A DNA stretch of 64,000 bases. Origin: a virus. Below the pieces are notes generated by a model. That model searched no databases. It saw only the letters and a program-made list of their open reading frames with translations, and was not told the DNA's origin. Both the position numbers and the translations under genes were made by a program. Where the stretch lies: the IMG/VR virus record IMGVR_UViG_3300045988_079665. One strand, given 5' to 3'. Below, piece after piece: positions 36,667 through 44,883 of the stretch; the first letter of the stretch is position 1, and every line of letters starts with the position of its first letter.

Positions 36667-36809
36667 GTATTATTTTTGAAATTATTATTTATTTTTTCTA
36701 AGATTTCTTCCATTTGCACATTGGCTTTAGTCCAATGATATACGACTATCAGCATCCCAACTGCAACACCAACCGCAAATGAACCTAAACAAGCTAACAG
36801 AATAATCAT
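36663..36809 (-). CDS. small membrane protein (48 aa)
   Basis: Hand translation MIILLACLGSFAVGVAVGMLIVVYHWTKANVQMEEILEKINNNFKNNT. Confidence 0.4.
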   Translation of the reverse strand: MIILLACLGSFAVGVAVGMLIVVYHWTKANVQMEEILEKINNNFKNNT

Positions 36810-36871
36810 ACACTAATAATCAATAAATTTTCCCAAACTCTTTACCCTACAAACTTACCTTACCTAATTAA

Positions 36872-37111
36872 CTAATCCTGTTTTTCTTCATTATTAGTCA
36901 ATGATTTCTTTGCTAGACGAGCTGATTTGAGCCGTTCTGCCGCAGCTTGCTTCTGTTCATCGGTCATCTCTCTTTTTCTAAATGGATTGTTGCCTAGGCG
37001 AAACGGATATAAATTGCAATCGTGGATAGTACAATTCTTTACTTCATAAGCCGAGCCACAGCTACATTCTAAGCAGTGCTGACGGATGACTTTTAGTGGA
37101 GATTTTTCCAT
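36872..37111 (-). CDS. zinc-finger small protein (CLEC...C...C PF-RxG type)
   Basis: HCLECSCGSAYEVKNCTIHDCNLYPFRLG with a basic C-terminus. Confidence 0.55.
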   Translation of the reverse strand: MEKSPLKVIRQHCLECSCGSAYEVKNCTIHDCNLYPFRLGNNPFRKREMTDEQKQAAAERLKSARLAKKSLTNNEEKQD

Positions 37112-37329
37112 ATTATCACCTCATTGATAATTGGTTCCGTTTATTATTATCTAATGCCTTATAAACGGTTTCCTTAAAATTTGGCCCCTACTTTATACAC
37201 TCATAGGTGAATTGTGGTCAGTTAACGATTGATTTCTGAACGAATTGATTTTTGGCTCATACAATCATAACCCGCAATTTCAACTGTTTGTTTAAGTGTT
37301 AACTGAAATTGCTTTAACTGCGATCACTT

Positions 37330-37422
37330 TGGTACTGGCGCTCGGACTCGAACCGAGATTTTGCGGCAATCGACCGCTAAACTGTGTATAGGACAGCTGG
37401 CTTACCATTAACCGACACCAGC
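37330..37422 (-). tRNA. class II (long variable arm) tRNA with non-canonical anticodon loop CCUAUAC (nominal anticodon UAU, C33)
   Basis: Full cloverleaf: GCUGGUG/CGCCAGU acceptor (2 G-U), D arm GGUU-AAUGGUA-AGCC, anticodon arm GCUGU-CCUAUAC-ACAGU. It has a 23-nt variable arm with a GCGG/CCGC stem, T arm CUCGG-UUCGAGU-CCGAG, A73 and encoded CCA. Confidence 0.6.
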
Positions 37423-37520
37423 ATATTTGAGCCTTTTATCGTCATGCTCAGGACTATATTTTAGGAGGTTCACAATGAAGAACTGTAATTGAGATTACCC
37501 AATCTCTCAACCACATCTGT

Positions 37521-37549
37521 ATTATATCATATGAGTTGCTGTTTGTCAA
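37521..37549 (-). promoter_or_regulatory. sigma-A type promoter TTGACA-17-TATAAT upstream of the tRNA
   Basis: attata at 37521-37526 and tgtcaa at 37544-37549. Confidence 0.75.
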
Positions 37550-37559
37550 GAATTATTTT

Positions 37560-37736
37560 TTATAGTTCTTGAAACATCTTTTCCCATTTTTCCATCCACA
37601 ACATAACTGGAGTTGTATCGCCTGTTCTATAAGTTTCATATGCGATAGCACCACGCACGAATGTCATAATACTAGACTTTGTAACAAGACCGGTTGGGTC
37701 TGGCAATTCTGTTTTACCAGTTTCATATTGCTTCAT
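37560..37736 (-). CDS. hypothetical protein (start uncertain)
   Basis: ORF track 37560-37796. The first two Mets lie within or upstream of the promoter at 37762-37790, so the third Met (MKQYETGK) is used. Confidence 0.4.
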   Translation of the reverse strand: MKQYETGKTELPDPTGLVTKSSIMTFVRGAIAYETYRTGDTTPVMLWMEKWEKMFQEL

Positions 37737-37761
37737 GATAAAATCTGTAAGTTTCTCATCC

Positions 37762-37790
37762 ATTATATCACACCAACTTTCATTTGTCAA
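37762..37790 (-). promoter_or_regulatory. sigma-A type promoter TTGACA-17-TATAAT
   Basis: attata at 37762-37767 and tgtcaa at 37785-37790. Confidence 0.7.
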
Positions 37791-37942
37791 GAACAAATTT
37801 TATTCATTTCAATAAATTTTTCACAAGCCCATCCATTTAGAACTGGTACTTCATCACAGTTGTAACCCCACAATCCAGTTTCACGGTCATAGCAATCTAC
37901 ATGACAAAGATAATCACCGATTTTGAAATAGGTATTAAGCAT
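37787..37942 (-). CDS. small Cys-containing protein (51 aa)
   Basis: Hand translation MLNTYFKIGDYLCHVDCYDRETGLWGYNCDEVPVLNGWACEKFIEMNKICS. GAGGA RBS; the TGA stop lies inside the next -35. Confidence 0.4.
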   Translation of the reverse strand: MLNTYFKIGDYLCHVDCYDRETGLWGYNCDEVPVLNGWACEKFIEMNKICS

Positions 37943-37945
37943 ACG

Positions 37946-38158
37946 TTAATCCTCTACATAATATGTTTCACATACATCTTGTACATCATCTCTGTTCGAT
38001 TTAATATCTAATGTTGCATATGTTGGATTTGCGCCTTCATATACAATTTTTAGTTTGCAGTCAATCCCAAGATTTTTCATCACAGACTGAATCTTCTGAA
38101 ATGCCTTACCAAGCAATTCTTCCCTGAGCTGATATTCTTCCAATGTTTTCGCTACCAT
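37946..38158 (-). CDS. hypothetical protein
   Basis: ORF track. Confidence 0.5.
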   Translation of the reverse strand: MVAKTLEEYQLREELLGKAFQKIQSVMKNLGIDCKLKIVYEGANPTYATLDIKSNRDDVQDVCETYYVED

Positions 38159-38168
38159 AATTTACTCC

Positions 38169-38510
38169 TTACCAATCAGCATTGATTATAATTTTATTGC
38201 CATCAATACGAGCTGATTCTATCAGCCGATAGACGCAATCCATATGCCACAAACCTTCAAAATCAGGTCGATTGACAAATTTGCTAAGCTCATCAACTTG
38301 TTTGTCGTTAAGTGACATATCTTTACCGTACATAGGTTGTGAATACGGTTGTCCTTTTACATATGGCTTATAATAACCAATAGATTCGAGAAATTCATAC
38401 CACCAACTACCGCCACCATCAACTGTATCAACGGCTCGATATGTAACCAATTCACCGCAATGTGGACAATAAATTGGCTCTGCACGACTGATTCTAATGT
38501 CTAGCCCCAT
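38169..38510 (-). CDS. hypothetical protein with N-terminal zinc ribbon
   Basis: CPHCG; first gene behind the promoter at 38542-38570. Confidence 0.5.
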   Translation of the reverse strand: MGLDIRISRAEPIYCPHCGELVTYRAVDTVDGGGSWWYEFLESIGYYKPYVKGQPYSQPMYGKDMSLNDKQVDELSKFVNRPDFEGLWHMDCVYRLIESARIDGNKIIINADW

Positions 38511-38541
38511 ATATTATCATCTCCATTCATTTGATAATTGG

Positions 38542-38570
38542 ATTATACCATATAAAATTAGATTTGTCAA
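38542..38570 (-). promoter_or_regulatory. sigma-A type promoter TTGACA-17-TATAAT
   Basis: attata at 38542-38547 and tgtcaa at 38565-38570. The upstream TGA stop lies inside the -35. Confidence 0.7.
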
Positions 38571-38992
38571 GCATCTTTGATAAATTTATTTTCAATAGCA
38601 ACCCACTTTTTAATCTGGTCATCTACTCGCACCCATTTGCCATAACAATTCAGGTCTGGGTCAAAATACCAGAGTCCATAATAGTTTAGATGCGCCTCGT
38701 TGGTAATATTGCTGAATGGATTATCATAACCAATCCAACCAAACAAACCCGTAACAAACTTTACATCAGAATCATTACCTACTGTAAATACCGCCAAATC
38801 GCCTAGTTCATCATGAACAGCCTGCACATTAAATTTGATTTCTGTCCCATCTTCTCTATAAAATCCAAGACAACTTCCTTCGCGCTTCTTTACATCTTCA
38901 TACTGACACACATACTCATGGCAATGCGCCTCATACTCATCATCAAATTCTGCGCCGCAATATTCACATTTATAAATCGTTGTTTCAATCAT
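38567..38992 (-). CDS. hypothetical protein
   Basis: ORF track; N-terminal CEYCG...HCHEYVC. Confidence 0.5.
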   Translation of the reverse strand: MIETTIYKCEYCGAEFDDEYEAHCHEYVCQYEDVKKREGSCLGFYREDGTEIKFNVQAVHDELGDLAVFTVGNDSDVKFVTGLFGWIGYDNPFSNITNEAHLNYYGLWYFDPDLNCYGKWVRVDDQIKKWVAIENKFIKDA

Positions 38993-39564
38993 TTGAACAA
39001 TTCCTCCATTTCTCTAGTATTGTATTTTCTATTCTTCACATATTCAACTCGACTTTTGAATTTGCCCCAATCTGCACTACGGATATTATCGTCAATCAAT
39101 TCACGAATAAAAATCTCATCCTTATATTTGCGCCGTTCGAGCCGTAAATCATGTAGCAACTTATATATCTTATATCCATCTCTTGCATTGTATGAATTGA
39201 ACTCAATAGCATGAAGCACATCTTGAATTTTATTCTCTACTTCTTGCAGTTTATATTCGACCCATGTCGCCCTTGCTACAAGCTGGTCATGCAGGTCACA
39301 GAACGCGCCAATTTGCGCCAATGCTAAATCATAATTGACCAAATTTGAATTGTTAAACTGGTCGAAATCGACGGGTTTAGATGGTGCATCAATCTGTTGC
39401 ACAAAATATCCAAGATTGCGCATTTGCTTTGGTAAATTAACAAGCGCATTATCGGCTTTGGTTTTATCATTGAATTGAAATGACTCGCTTAATTCAGTTG
39501 TTGGAATCCATTGCCCTATGGCATTATGCATGAGATAGTATTTATTGTTATAGAGTACATACAT
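38989..39564 (-). CDS. hypothetical protein
   Basis: ORF track. Confidence 0.5.
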   Translation of the reverse strand: MYVLYNNKYYLMHNAIGQWIPTTELSESFQFNDKTKADNALVNLPKQMRNLGYFVQQIDAPSKPVDFDQFNNSNLVNYDLALAQIGAFCDLHDQLVARATWVEYKLQEVENKIQDVLHAIEFNSYNARDGYKIYKLLHDLRLERRKYKDEIFIRELIDDNIRSADWGKFKSRVEYVKNRKYNTREMEELFK

Positions 39565-39566
39565 GA

Positions 39567-39797
39567 TTATCGTTTCTTTCTTTTAGATTTACGACGTTCG
39601 GCTCGATTTGGAGGAAATGAGACACCATTTGGATATAGATAATCCTTCAATGCTAAAGTAAAATCGTAGAAGGATATATCGTATGGTAAATTTAATTTGT
39701 CACACCATCTGTTCCACCATTCATCGAATCCTATAGTCCATGTGGCTGTTTCGTCATCGCCGAACGATTCCAAATATTCAAAAATCCTATCGTTCAT
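39567..39797 (-). CDS. hypothetical protein
   Basis: ORF track; basic C-terminus. Confidence 0.5.
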   Translation of the reverse strand: MNDRIFEYLESFGDDETATWTIGFDEWWNRWCDKLNLPYDISFYDFTLALKDYLYPNGVSFPPNRAERRKSKRKKR

Positions 39798-39966
39798 TTA
39801 GCACCTCATCCAATCCAACAAAATACGGACACTTCTTCGTATCTTCGCAAATGTGCTTATCTTCACCAACTTGACATACCCAACTATGAAATTCCATATT
39901 CCCTTCTTGACGGCAGTTGCGGCATTCATATGGATAATTAGGCATTTCATTTACTATAATTTTCAT
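39787..39966 (-). CDS. Cys-rich mini-protein (59 aa)
   Basis: Hand translation MKIIVNEMPNYPYECRNCRQEGNMEFHSWVCQVGEDKHICEDTKKCPYFVGLDEVLNER. Confidence 0.4.
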   Translation of the reverse strand: MKIIVNEMPNYPYECRNCRQEGNMEFHSWVCQVGEDKHICEDTKKCPYFVGLDEVLNER

Positions 39967-40018
39967 CTATATGTCTTTCCTTTAACTTTTATAAAATGTG
40001 AAAATCTGCGGTATTTGG

Positions 40019-40216
40019 TTAAGATACCCAATAAGCAATAGAGATTATACCAGATATAATAATTGCAATAATTGGTAGCATAATCAATCCAAGCCAATTT
40101 CCATTTTCAAGTAACGTCACACCAAAAGCTAGTGTCGCAAACGCAAGAGTGACTAAAATCATTACAAGAAAAATCCATAATGTTCGCTTCAAAAATCTAA
40201 TTATGTTATTCTTCAT
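40019..40216 (-). CDS. small membrane protein
   Basis: Two hydrophobic helices (IFLVMILVTLAFATLAFGV; LIMLPIIAIIISGIISIAYW). Confidence 0.55.
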   Translation of the reverse strand: MKNNIIRFLKRTLWIFLVMILVTLAFATLAFGVTLLENGNWLGLIMLPIIAIIISGIISIAYWVS

Positions 40217-40530
40217 CTATATTTCTTTCCTTCTTCAATCAGCTTAGAAATTTCATCTGTGCATCTCAATACACGTTGTTTCCACATAAATTCACCCACA
40301 TCTCGTTTTCTAAAAAAGTCGTACTTGCCAATAGAATCAAACAATAACACGATGTCCTGTTCGTCAATATCCAGACATATTGATCTATTAAATTCATCAA
40401 ATTCAATTCCAATTCGATACGTCTTATCAATCATTTCGTTGGTTGGGTACATACAATATGTAATTCTTCCAGTTCGATTATGTAACTTGACATAATCTCC
40501 AGCATTAAATTGATACTTATTTGTATTCAT
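40213..40530 (-). CDS. hypothetical protein
   Basis: ORF track. Confidence 0.5.
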   Translation of the reverse strand: MNTNKYQFNAGDYVKLHNRTGRITYCMYPTNEMIDKTYRIGIEFDEFNRSICLDIDEQDIVLLFDSIGKYDFFRKRDVGEFMWKQRVLRCTDEISKLIEEGKKYR

Positions 40531-40573
40531 ATCTTAATCCTTTCCAATATACATAACATCATATTCAATATTG

Positions 40574-40963
40574 TCAATTGTGTGATTCAATTCTATATAT
40601 TCCTTTCTCACATTTAGAATACCAGAATGTCAATTCACCAATTTTCGAGCCTTCTTTAAGAAATCCAAATCCACCAATCACCCAATTGACATTAACTGCA
40701 CTAATTACATCCATTACAATTTTGATTTTGTTTGTAAAGCATTCTAGCATATCTGGTTCTGGATTACAATCTTCAAGATAATCAGCATATGCCCATATAT
40801 CAATATTACTATGAGTATGCAAAAAGAAATATTGAGGTGCATTCATTCTCAACGTAGAATCAACTAAGAATCTACCAATCTCAATGTCATATTCATCATA
40901 TACATATCCTACGCCAGAAATAGAAATGGGAACACCAGATGAAGCAGAAATTTCAACACTCAT
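40574..40963 (-). CDS. hypothetical protein
   Basis: ORF track. Confidence 0.5.
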   Translation of the reverse strand: MSVEISASSGVPISISGVGYVYDEYDIEIGRFLVDSTLRMNAPQYFFLHTHSNIDIWAYADYLEDCNPEPDMLECFTNKIKIVMDVISAVNVNWVIGGFGFLKEGSKIGELTFWYSKCEKGIYRIESHN

Positions 40964-41340
40964 ATATCAATACCTTCTTTCAAATTTCCCAATAGAATAC
41001 GCGATATTGTTTCTTTATCTCTATCTGAGCAATCGCCAAATTGCATTACGGAACACCATAAAACAGGACGTTTAATTCTCCAGTTATTGCGTTTTGAATA
41101 TATTACAACAAACTCAATCGGAATACGCTTATCCATTCTAACTTTGAATCCATTCCGTTCCACTTCTTTATCATCATGTTTCATATTAAAAATAAATTTG
41201 CCCATTGGCTCACCTACATATGCAACAGGCTTAATTCCATTACAATAGGCTTGAATATATTATAATTTTTTATATACCCAATCTTTATGTATCATATAGC
41301 CGCCCCAAATATCATAGTCATCAGCAAGAAATTCAATCAT
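40960..41340 (-). pseudogene. ORF split by a single in-frame TAA (26 codons + TAA + 18 codons + the 81-aa tracked ORF 40960-41205)
   Basis: GGAGGTGTGG RBS and ATG at 41340, TAA at 41260-41262. The ATG at 41205 is exactly 18 codons downstream in the same frame. Confidence 0.35.
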
Positions 41341-41362
41341 AATCCACACCTCCTTTTCGATT

Positions 41363-42085
41363 TCACGGTTCAATTATACCATATTCATTTACTTTTGTCA
41401 AGAGAATATTTGCCCATTCTGCATTTTCATCTTCAGAGAGATAAAAGAACTTATGGTTAGCAATGTTTCCCCAATATTCCTGAGCCTCATGCCATTCACT
41501 ATAGCCATATGCAGGATTATAGAAATATAAAATCGGCTTGTCTGTTACAAATTTACCACCATAGAATATATCCATTACAGCATTCTTTATTTCATCATAT
41601 GCTTTTTTATCCTGCTTATCCAAATTTTCATTCCAGCCATCGTATCTATATGCCGATTTTACTTCTGTAGCTGACAGACCATCTTTCAGCATTGCGCTAA
41701 AATAACACTGAGCAACAGCCAGCTTGCCTTCATACGGCTCACCAGCGGCCTCACCACCTACTACACATTCAACAAACCATGTTTCATATTCAGTTAGATG
41801 AAACGGTGGCTCATAGGCGATAGTAGATTCTGATTCCTGTTCTTCAATCTGTGGTTCAGTTACTACAGTATCCATAACAACCACATCATTATCTTGTTGA
41901 TATTCAATTTTGGTTGTATCAATTGGTTCACATTTAATCCATTTAACAACCGGTTCAGATTCGCGCCGTTCATCCATCATCGAATTGTATTCTTGAATCT
42001 GTGTATACACAAATCCGCCACAAGCTGTAAATCCAACTAATGCCAACCCAATTCCTGCAATCATATATCGAATTTCATTTTTCAT
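41363..42085 (-). CDS. membrane-anchored SleB-type cell wall hydrolase
   Basis: N-terminal TM IRYMIAGIGLALVGFTACGGFVY. SleB/Hydrolase_2-like ECVVGGEAAGEPYEGKLAVAQCY...YRYDGW...ILYFYNP. Start set at MKNEIRY (AAGGAG RBS), downstream of the promoter. Confidence 0.65.
   Translation of the reverse strand: MKNEIRYMIAGIGLALVGFTACGGFVYTQIQEYNSMMDERRESEPVVKWIKCEPIDTTKIEYQQDNDVVVMDTVVTEPQIEEQESESTIAYEPPFHLTEYETWFVECVVGGEAAGEPYEGKLAVAQCYFSAMLKDGLSATEVKSAYRYDGWNENLDKQDKKAYDEIKNAVMDIFYGGKFVTDKPILYFYNPAYGYSEWHEAQEYWGNIANHKFFYLSEDENAEWANILLTKVNEYGIIEP
41373..41401 (-). promoter_or_regulatory. sigma-A type promoter TTGACA-17-TATAAT inside the 3' end of the hydrolase gene
   Basis: attata at 41373-41378 and tgtcaa at 41396-41401. 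Confidence 0.65.
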
Positions 42086-42123
42086 TGTCGATTCTCCTTT
42101 TTCAATCTCTGCCTCTGTATATG

Positions 42124-42152
42124 TATATATCACATTTAATTCTATTTGTCAA
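42124..42152 (-). promoter_or_regulatory. sigma-A type promoter TTGACA-17-TATATA
   Basis: tatata at 42124-42129 and tgtcaa at 42147-42152. A T-tract array lies upstream. Confidence 0.6.
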
Positions 42153-42157
42153 GTACA

Positions 42158-42243
42158 ATTTTCAATTTTCATTTTCTGAATAGGAATATTGATTTTCAAT
42201 TTCTAACTTGTTTTTCATTTTCGAAAATCATTTTTCATTTTCT
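42158..42243. repeat. phased T-tract array (TTTTCATTTTC / TTTTCAATTTC units)
   Basis: At least five ATTTTC-containing units immediately upstream of the 42124-42152 promoter. Confidence 0.6.
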
Positions 42244-42769
42244 AGCCCGTACATACATAGATATTTATATACATATCTATCTGCACATACATTTACATAT
42301 TCATATGCAGATTCATCTGCATCATCATGCATATAAATGATGTAGATAGATGTATTTATAGATAATACGTGGCTTTGTGTCTATAAATATAAACGCCACA
42401 TTTACTTTCATGCACATATCGGCAAACATATTAGCACCAAAGTCAATGTCATTCACATTTTTCATATGAATATATGTGAATATTCACACATTTTCCCAAC
42501 AAGTTTATGTATTGATTTGCCGCTTTTTCTATTTAGACATATAGATATATACTATTATCATCAGTCTATTACATGCACACATTATTTTGTATAGATATAA
42601 TGCTTGATTGTCAACTATGGCAGAATCGCCGCAATTAGCTGTATTGCACCATCTGCGTCTCACTATGCCAATTTCAACGCAATCTCATATACATACTAGA
42701 CTCGGCGCAAAAGTCCGTTGTACGTCATCAGAGCCGCACCGCCACGATTATATGTAGGCATATATTACT

Positions 42770-42955
42770 GGGGAAAATCTGCATAGCTTAAGCCGCACAC
42801 ACACATGAGAAAAATCTAGTCGATTTTTTCGCGCCGAGCCAGTGTATGTACTGTATATAGTTGGGGAAAATGTAAAAAATTGTAAGGTCACATATACGCG
42901 AGGATTTTTTGCATCGATTTATTGCTTCATTTGAATAAAGTGTATCTGGGAAAAT
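42770..42955 (+). repeat. three direct copies of GGGGAAAAT / GGGAAAAT ~85-92 bp apart
   Basis: Copies at 42770-42778, 42863-42871 and 42948-42955. The first two share ~30 bp of upstream context (TATGTA...TATAT..T.GGGGAAAAT). Confidence 0.6.
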
Positions 42956-43187
42956 ATGATAATTGGAAACCACTGGCAATTTAGTTAAATGTCTCTAACT
43001 CATGGCCGACTTTCCCCTCCTCATAGGTGCTTCCCTAGGTCACTTTAATTATAGCAGATCGTGTGCCATATGTCAACAAAAAAATTTGTACAAAAATAAG
43101 CCACCCATTTTAGGCACATTGTACAATGCTCTTCTGGCGGCTTTGGCGGCTTTATACGGCGCGAACTATGCTAGAGCTATAGAAAAC

Positions 43188-43227
43188 ATAGGGAAACAAA
43201 GAAAACCCGTTAACGTCTGTCAACGGG
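43188..43227 (-). terminator. rho-independent terminator
   Basis: On the minus strand CCCGUU...AACGGG (43206-43211 with 43222-43227) is followed by UUUUCUUUGUUU. Confidence 0.6.
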
Positions 43228-43386
43228 CTTGTTGCAATATGTATCAATAGCGCACTGGCAATCTTTCTTTGTGCGATATTTTCCGAAACATAGCAACTTG
43301 GAAAATTTGCGTTCTTCTGTATTATAAACACACCACCATAATCTTCTATCAATCGCAGTTCTTTTCATTGGTATAAATTTGTCCAT
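43210..43386 (-). CDS. small basic Cys-containing protein (58 aa)
   Basis: Hand translation MDKFIPMKRTAIDRRLWWCVYNTEERKFSKLLCFGKYRTKKDCQCAIDTYCNKPVDRR. GGAAGGAG RBS; replaces the tracked ORF 43152-43352. Confidence 0.5.
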   Translation of the reverse strand: MDKFIPMKRTAIDRRLWWCVYNTEERKFSKLLCFGKYRTKKDCQCAIDTYCNKPVDRR

Positions 43387-43503
43387 TTTATTTTACTCCT
43401 TCCATTTCTCAACCGCTCAGCGCCTTGCTACGGACTTTCCAGCGCGTCCGGCTATGTTTACTTGTCTTTTCTGTTTGTGGCGTGGTGGGCTTGCTATGCC
43501 GTC

Positions 43504-43737
43504 TTAAGATAATTCAAACTTGACAAGCTCCACAGCGGCCGCGTGTAGCTGAGACGGCACGCTTGCGATATAGTCATATAGCTCCGCCGGGAGCAAATCA
43601 CAACCTACCGCCATATATCCGGCGCGCTCCGTCCAACGTGTATAAATATGGCACTTGTCACAATGGCGGCAGTCTCCACCACATTTTTCCAATTTTCTTC
43701 CAGCCGTTTCTAACTGTTTGATCTGTTTTTTCGTCAT
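43504..43737 (-). CDS. hypothetical Cys-rich protein
   Basis: ORF track; GC-richer codon usage than the backbone. Confidence 0.5.
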   Translation of the reverse strand: MTKKQIKQLETAGRKLEKCGGDCRHCDKCHIYTRWTERAGYMAVGCDLLPAELYDYIASVPSQLHAAAVELVKFELS

Positions 43738-43752
43738 GGTAAAATCCCCCTA

Positions 43753-43941
43753 TCATTTAACATATTCAAAAGTCAATTTATCATAGTCATAAATCGTAAC
43801 ATATTTAACAGGAATTGACGCGATTTCAATATGTTTTACGTTGTGTAAGTAATTTTTTAGCGCCTTTTGACTGGAAAATTTTGTGGTAGTGAAAAGATAT
43901 TCCCCGTTAACATAGCAACGGATTTTCCTATTTCTTTCCAT
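43753..43941 (-). CDS. hypothetical protein
   Basis: ORF track. Confidence 0.5.
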   Translation of the reverse strand: MERNRKIRCYVNGEYLFTTTKFSSQKALKNYLHNVKHIEIASIPVKYVTIYDYDKLTFEYVK

Positions 43942-43956
43942 GGTAAAATCCTCCTC

Positions 43957-44181
43957 TTATTTATAATTTTTTACAATAAATTCCATTGCTTCTTCTTCCG
44001 TGTCAAATATTTTGACTCTGTTTTCCCAATTTTTACAAGTGTAAGGATTTCCCGCCCACGCTATAAAATAAGTTTGTTTAACGCTTCTACAATGATCTTG
44101 TAACATTCCGATATATCCATTTTTTGTATGGATGTAATACGTGTCAAAATAAGCGTTCCCTTGTCTGTAAATCTTTTCCAT
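43957..44181 (-). CDS. hypothetical protein
   Basis: ORF track. Confidence 0.5.
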   Translation of the reverse strand: MEKIYRQGNAYFDTYYIHTKNGYIGMLQDHCRSVKQTYFIAWAGNPYTCKNWENRVKIFDTEEEAMEFIVKNYK

Positions 44182-44183
44182 GG

Positions 44184-44414
44184 TTATTCTCCTTTACAAT
44201 TTCTAACACTCTGTACCCGCTCGACCACCTTGTAAAAAAGTGGCAGAATTTCCGGGCGCGGATACTTCATTTTGCAAAATTCCTTATACGTCGCAGGCTG
44301 ACAAGCACAAGCCGCGATATAATCTTGATCGTTGTCTATGTCATATCCCACGGAGTCGGCCAGACGTTGTAGGGATAATAATTTCTTATCCCAAAATTTT
44401 ACAGTATGTTTCAT
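44184..44414 (-). CDS. hypothetical protein
   Basis: ORF track; GGAGGT RBS. Confidence 0.5.
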   Translation of the reverse strand: MKHTVKFWDKKLLSLQRLADSVGYDIDNDQDYIAACACQPATYKEFCKMKYPRPEILPLFYKVVERVQSVRNCKGE

Positions 44415-44418
44415 TATG

Positions 44419-44544
44419 TTAACCTCCTAAAATTTTACAAATAAGCGCAGGAATCCAAAACAAGCTGGAAATTGCTACCAGACCACCTAAAAACTGGAGC
44501 GTCCAGTAAATGGGATTTAAACGGCGTTTACGTCTTTTTTGCAT
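44419..44544 (-). CDS. small membrane protein (41 aa)
   Basis: Hand translation MQKRRKRRLNPIYWTLQFLGGLVAISSLFWIPALICKILGG; AAGGAGG RBS. Confidence 0.45.
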   Translation of the reverse strand: MQKRRKRRLNPIYWTLQFLGGLVAISSLFWIPALICKILGG

Positions 44545-44556
44545 GGTTTTGCCTCC

Positions 44557-44883
44557 TTACTCAATAATGACGCTTGTGCTATCGGTATACAAATAATCAT
44601 AGCCCTGACGGCACCACGCCGCCCCGTATGGGTAAATATATTTATCAGCATATCCAGCAAAAGACGGATTTAATTTTCTGCGTTCACGTTCGGCCCTTGC
44701 AAGCTGGAGCGCTTGTGCGCGTGTAATACGTTCTGCGTCTGGATAATCTTGTAAAAAATCTTCCGTTGTAAATTTCTTACAATAGCTAGGATTTTCTGGA
44801 TAGTATCCAGCATCGGTTGTGTAAAAAAGCTTGTATTGATTGCCAAAATCCCCGTGTACTACAAAATATTTTCTTTTTTCCAT
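44557..44883 (-). CDS. hypothetical protein
   Basis: ORF track. Confidence 0.5.
   Translation of the reverse strand: MEKRKYFVVHGDFGNQYKLFYTTDAGYYPENPSYCKKFTTEDFLQDYPDAERITRAQALQLARAERERRKLNPSFAGYADKYIYPYGAAWCRQGYDYLYTDSTSVIIE

Noticed and set aside
42146-42340. Tracked 64-aa plus-strand ORF with HLHIHLHIH-like repeats.
   Set aside because: - It is a translation of the AT-rich T-tract/dyad repeat DNA.
- It has no RBS and sits in a promoter-upstream region.
- It is not coding.
42788-43352. Tracked ORFs 42788-42979(-), 43002-43250(+) and 43152-43352(-).
   Set aside because: - None has an RBS.
- 43152-43352 is out of frame with a much better RBS-led 58-aa ORF (43210-43386) that ends in the terminator.
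- The other two sit in the repeat-bearing non-coding stretch.
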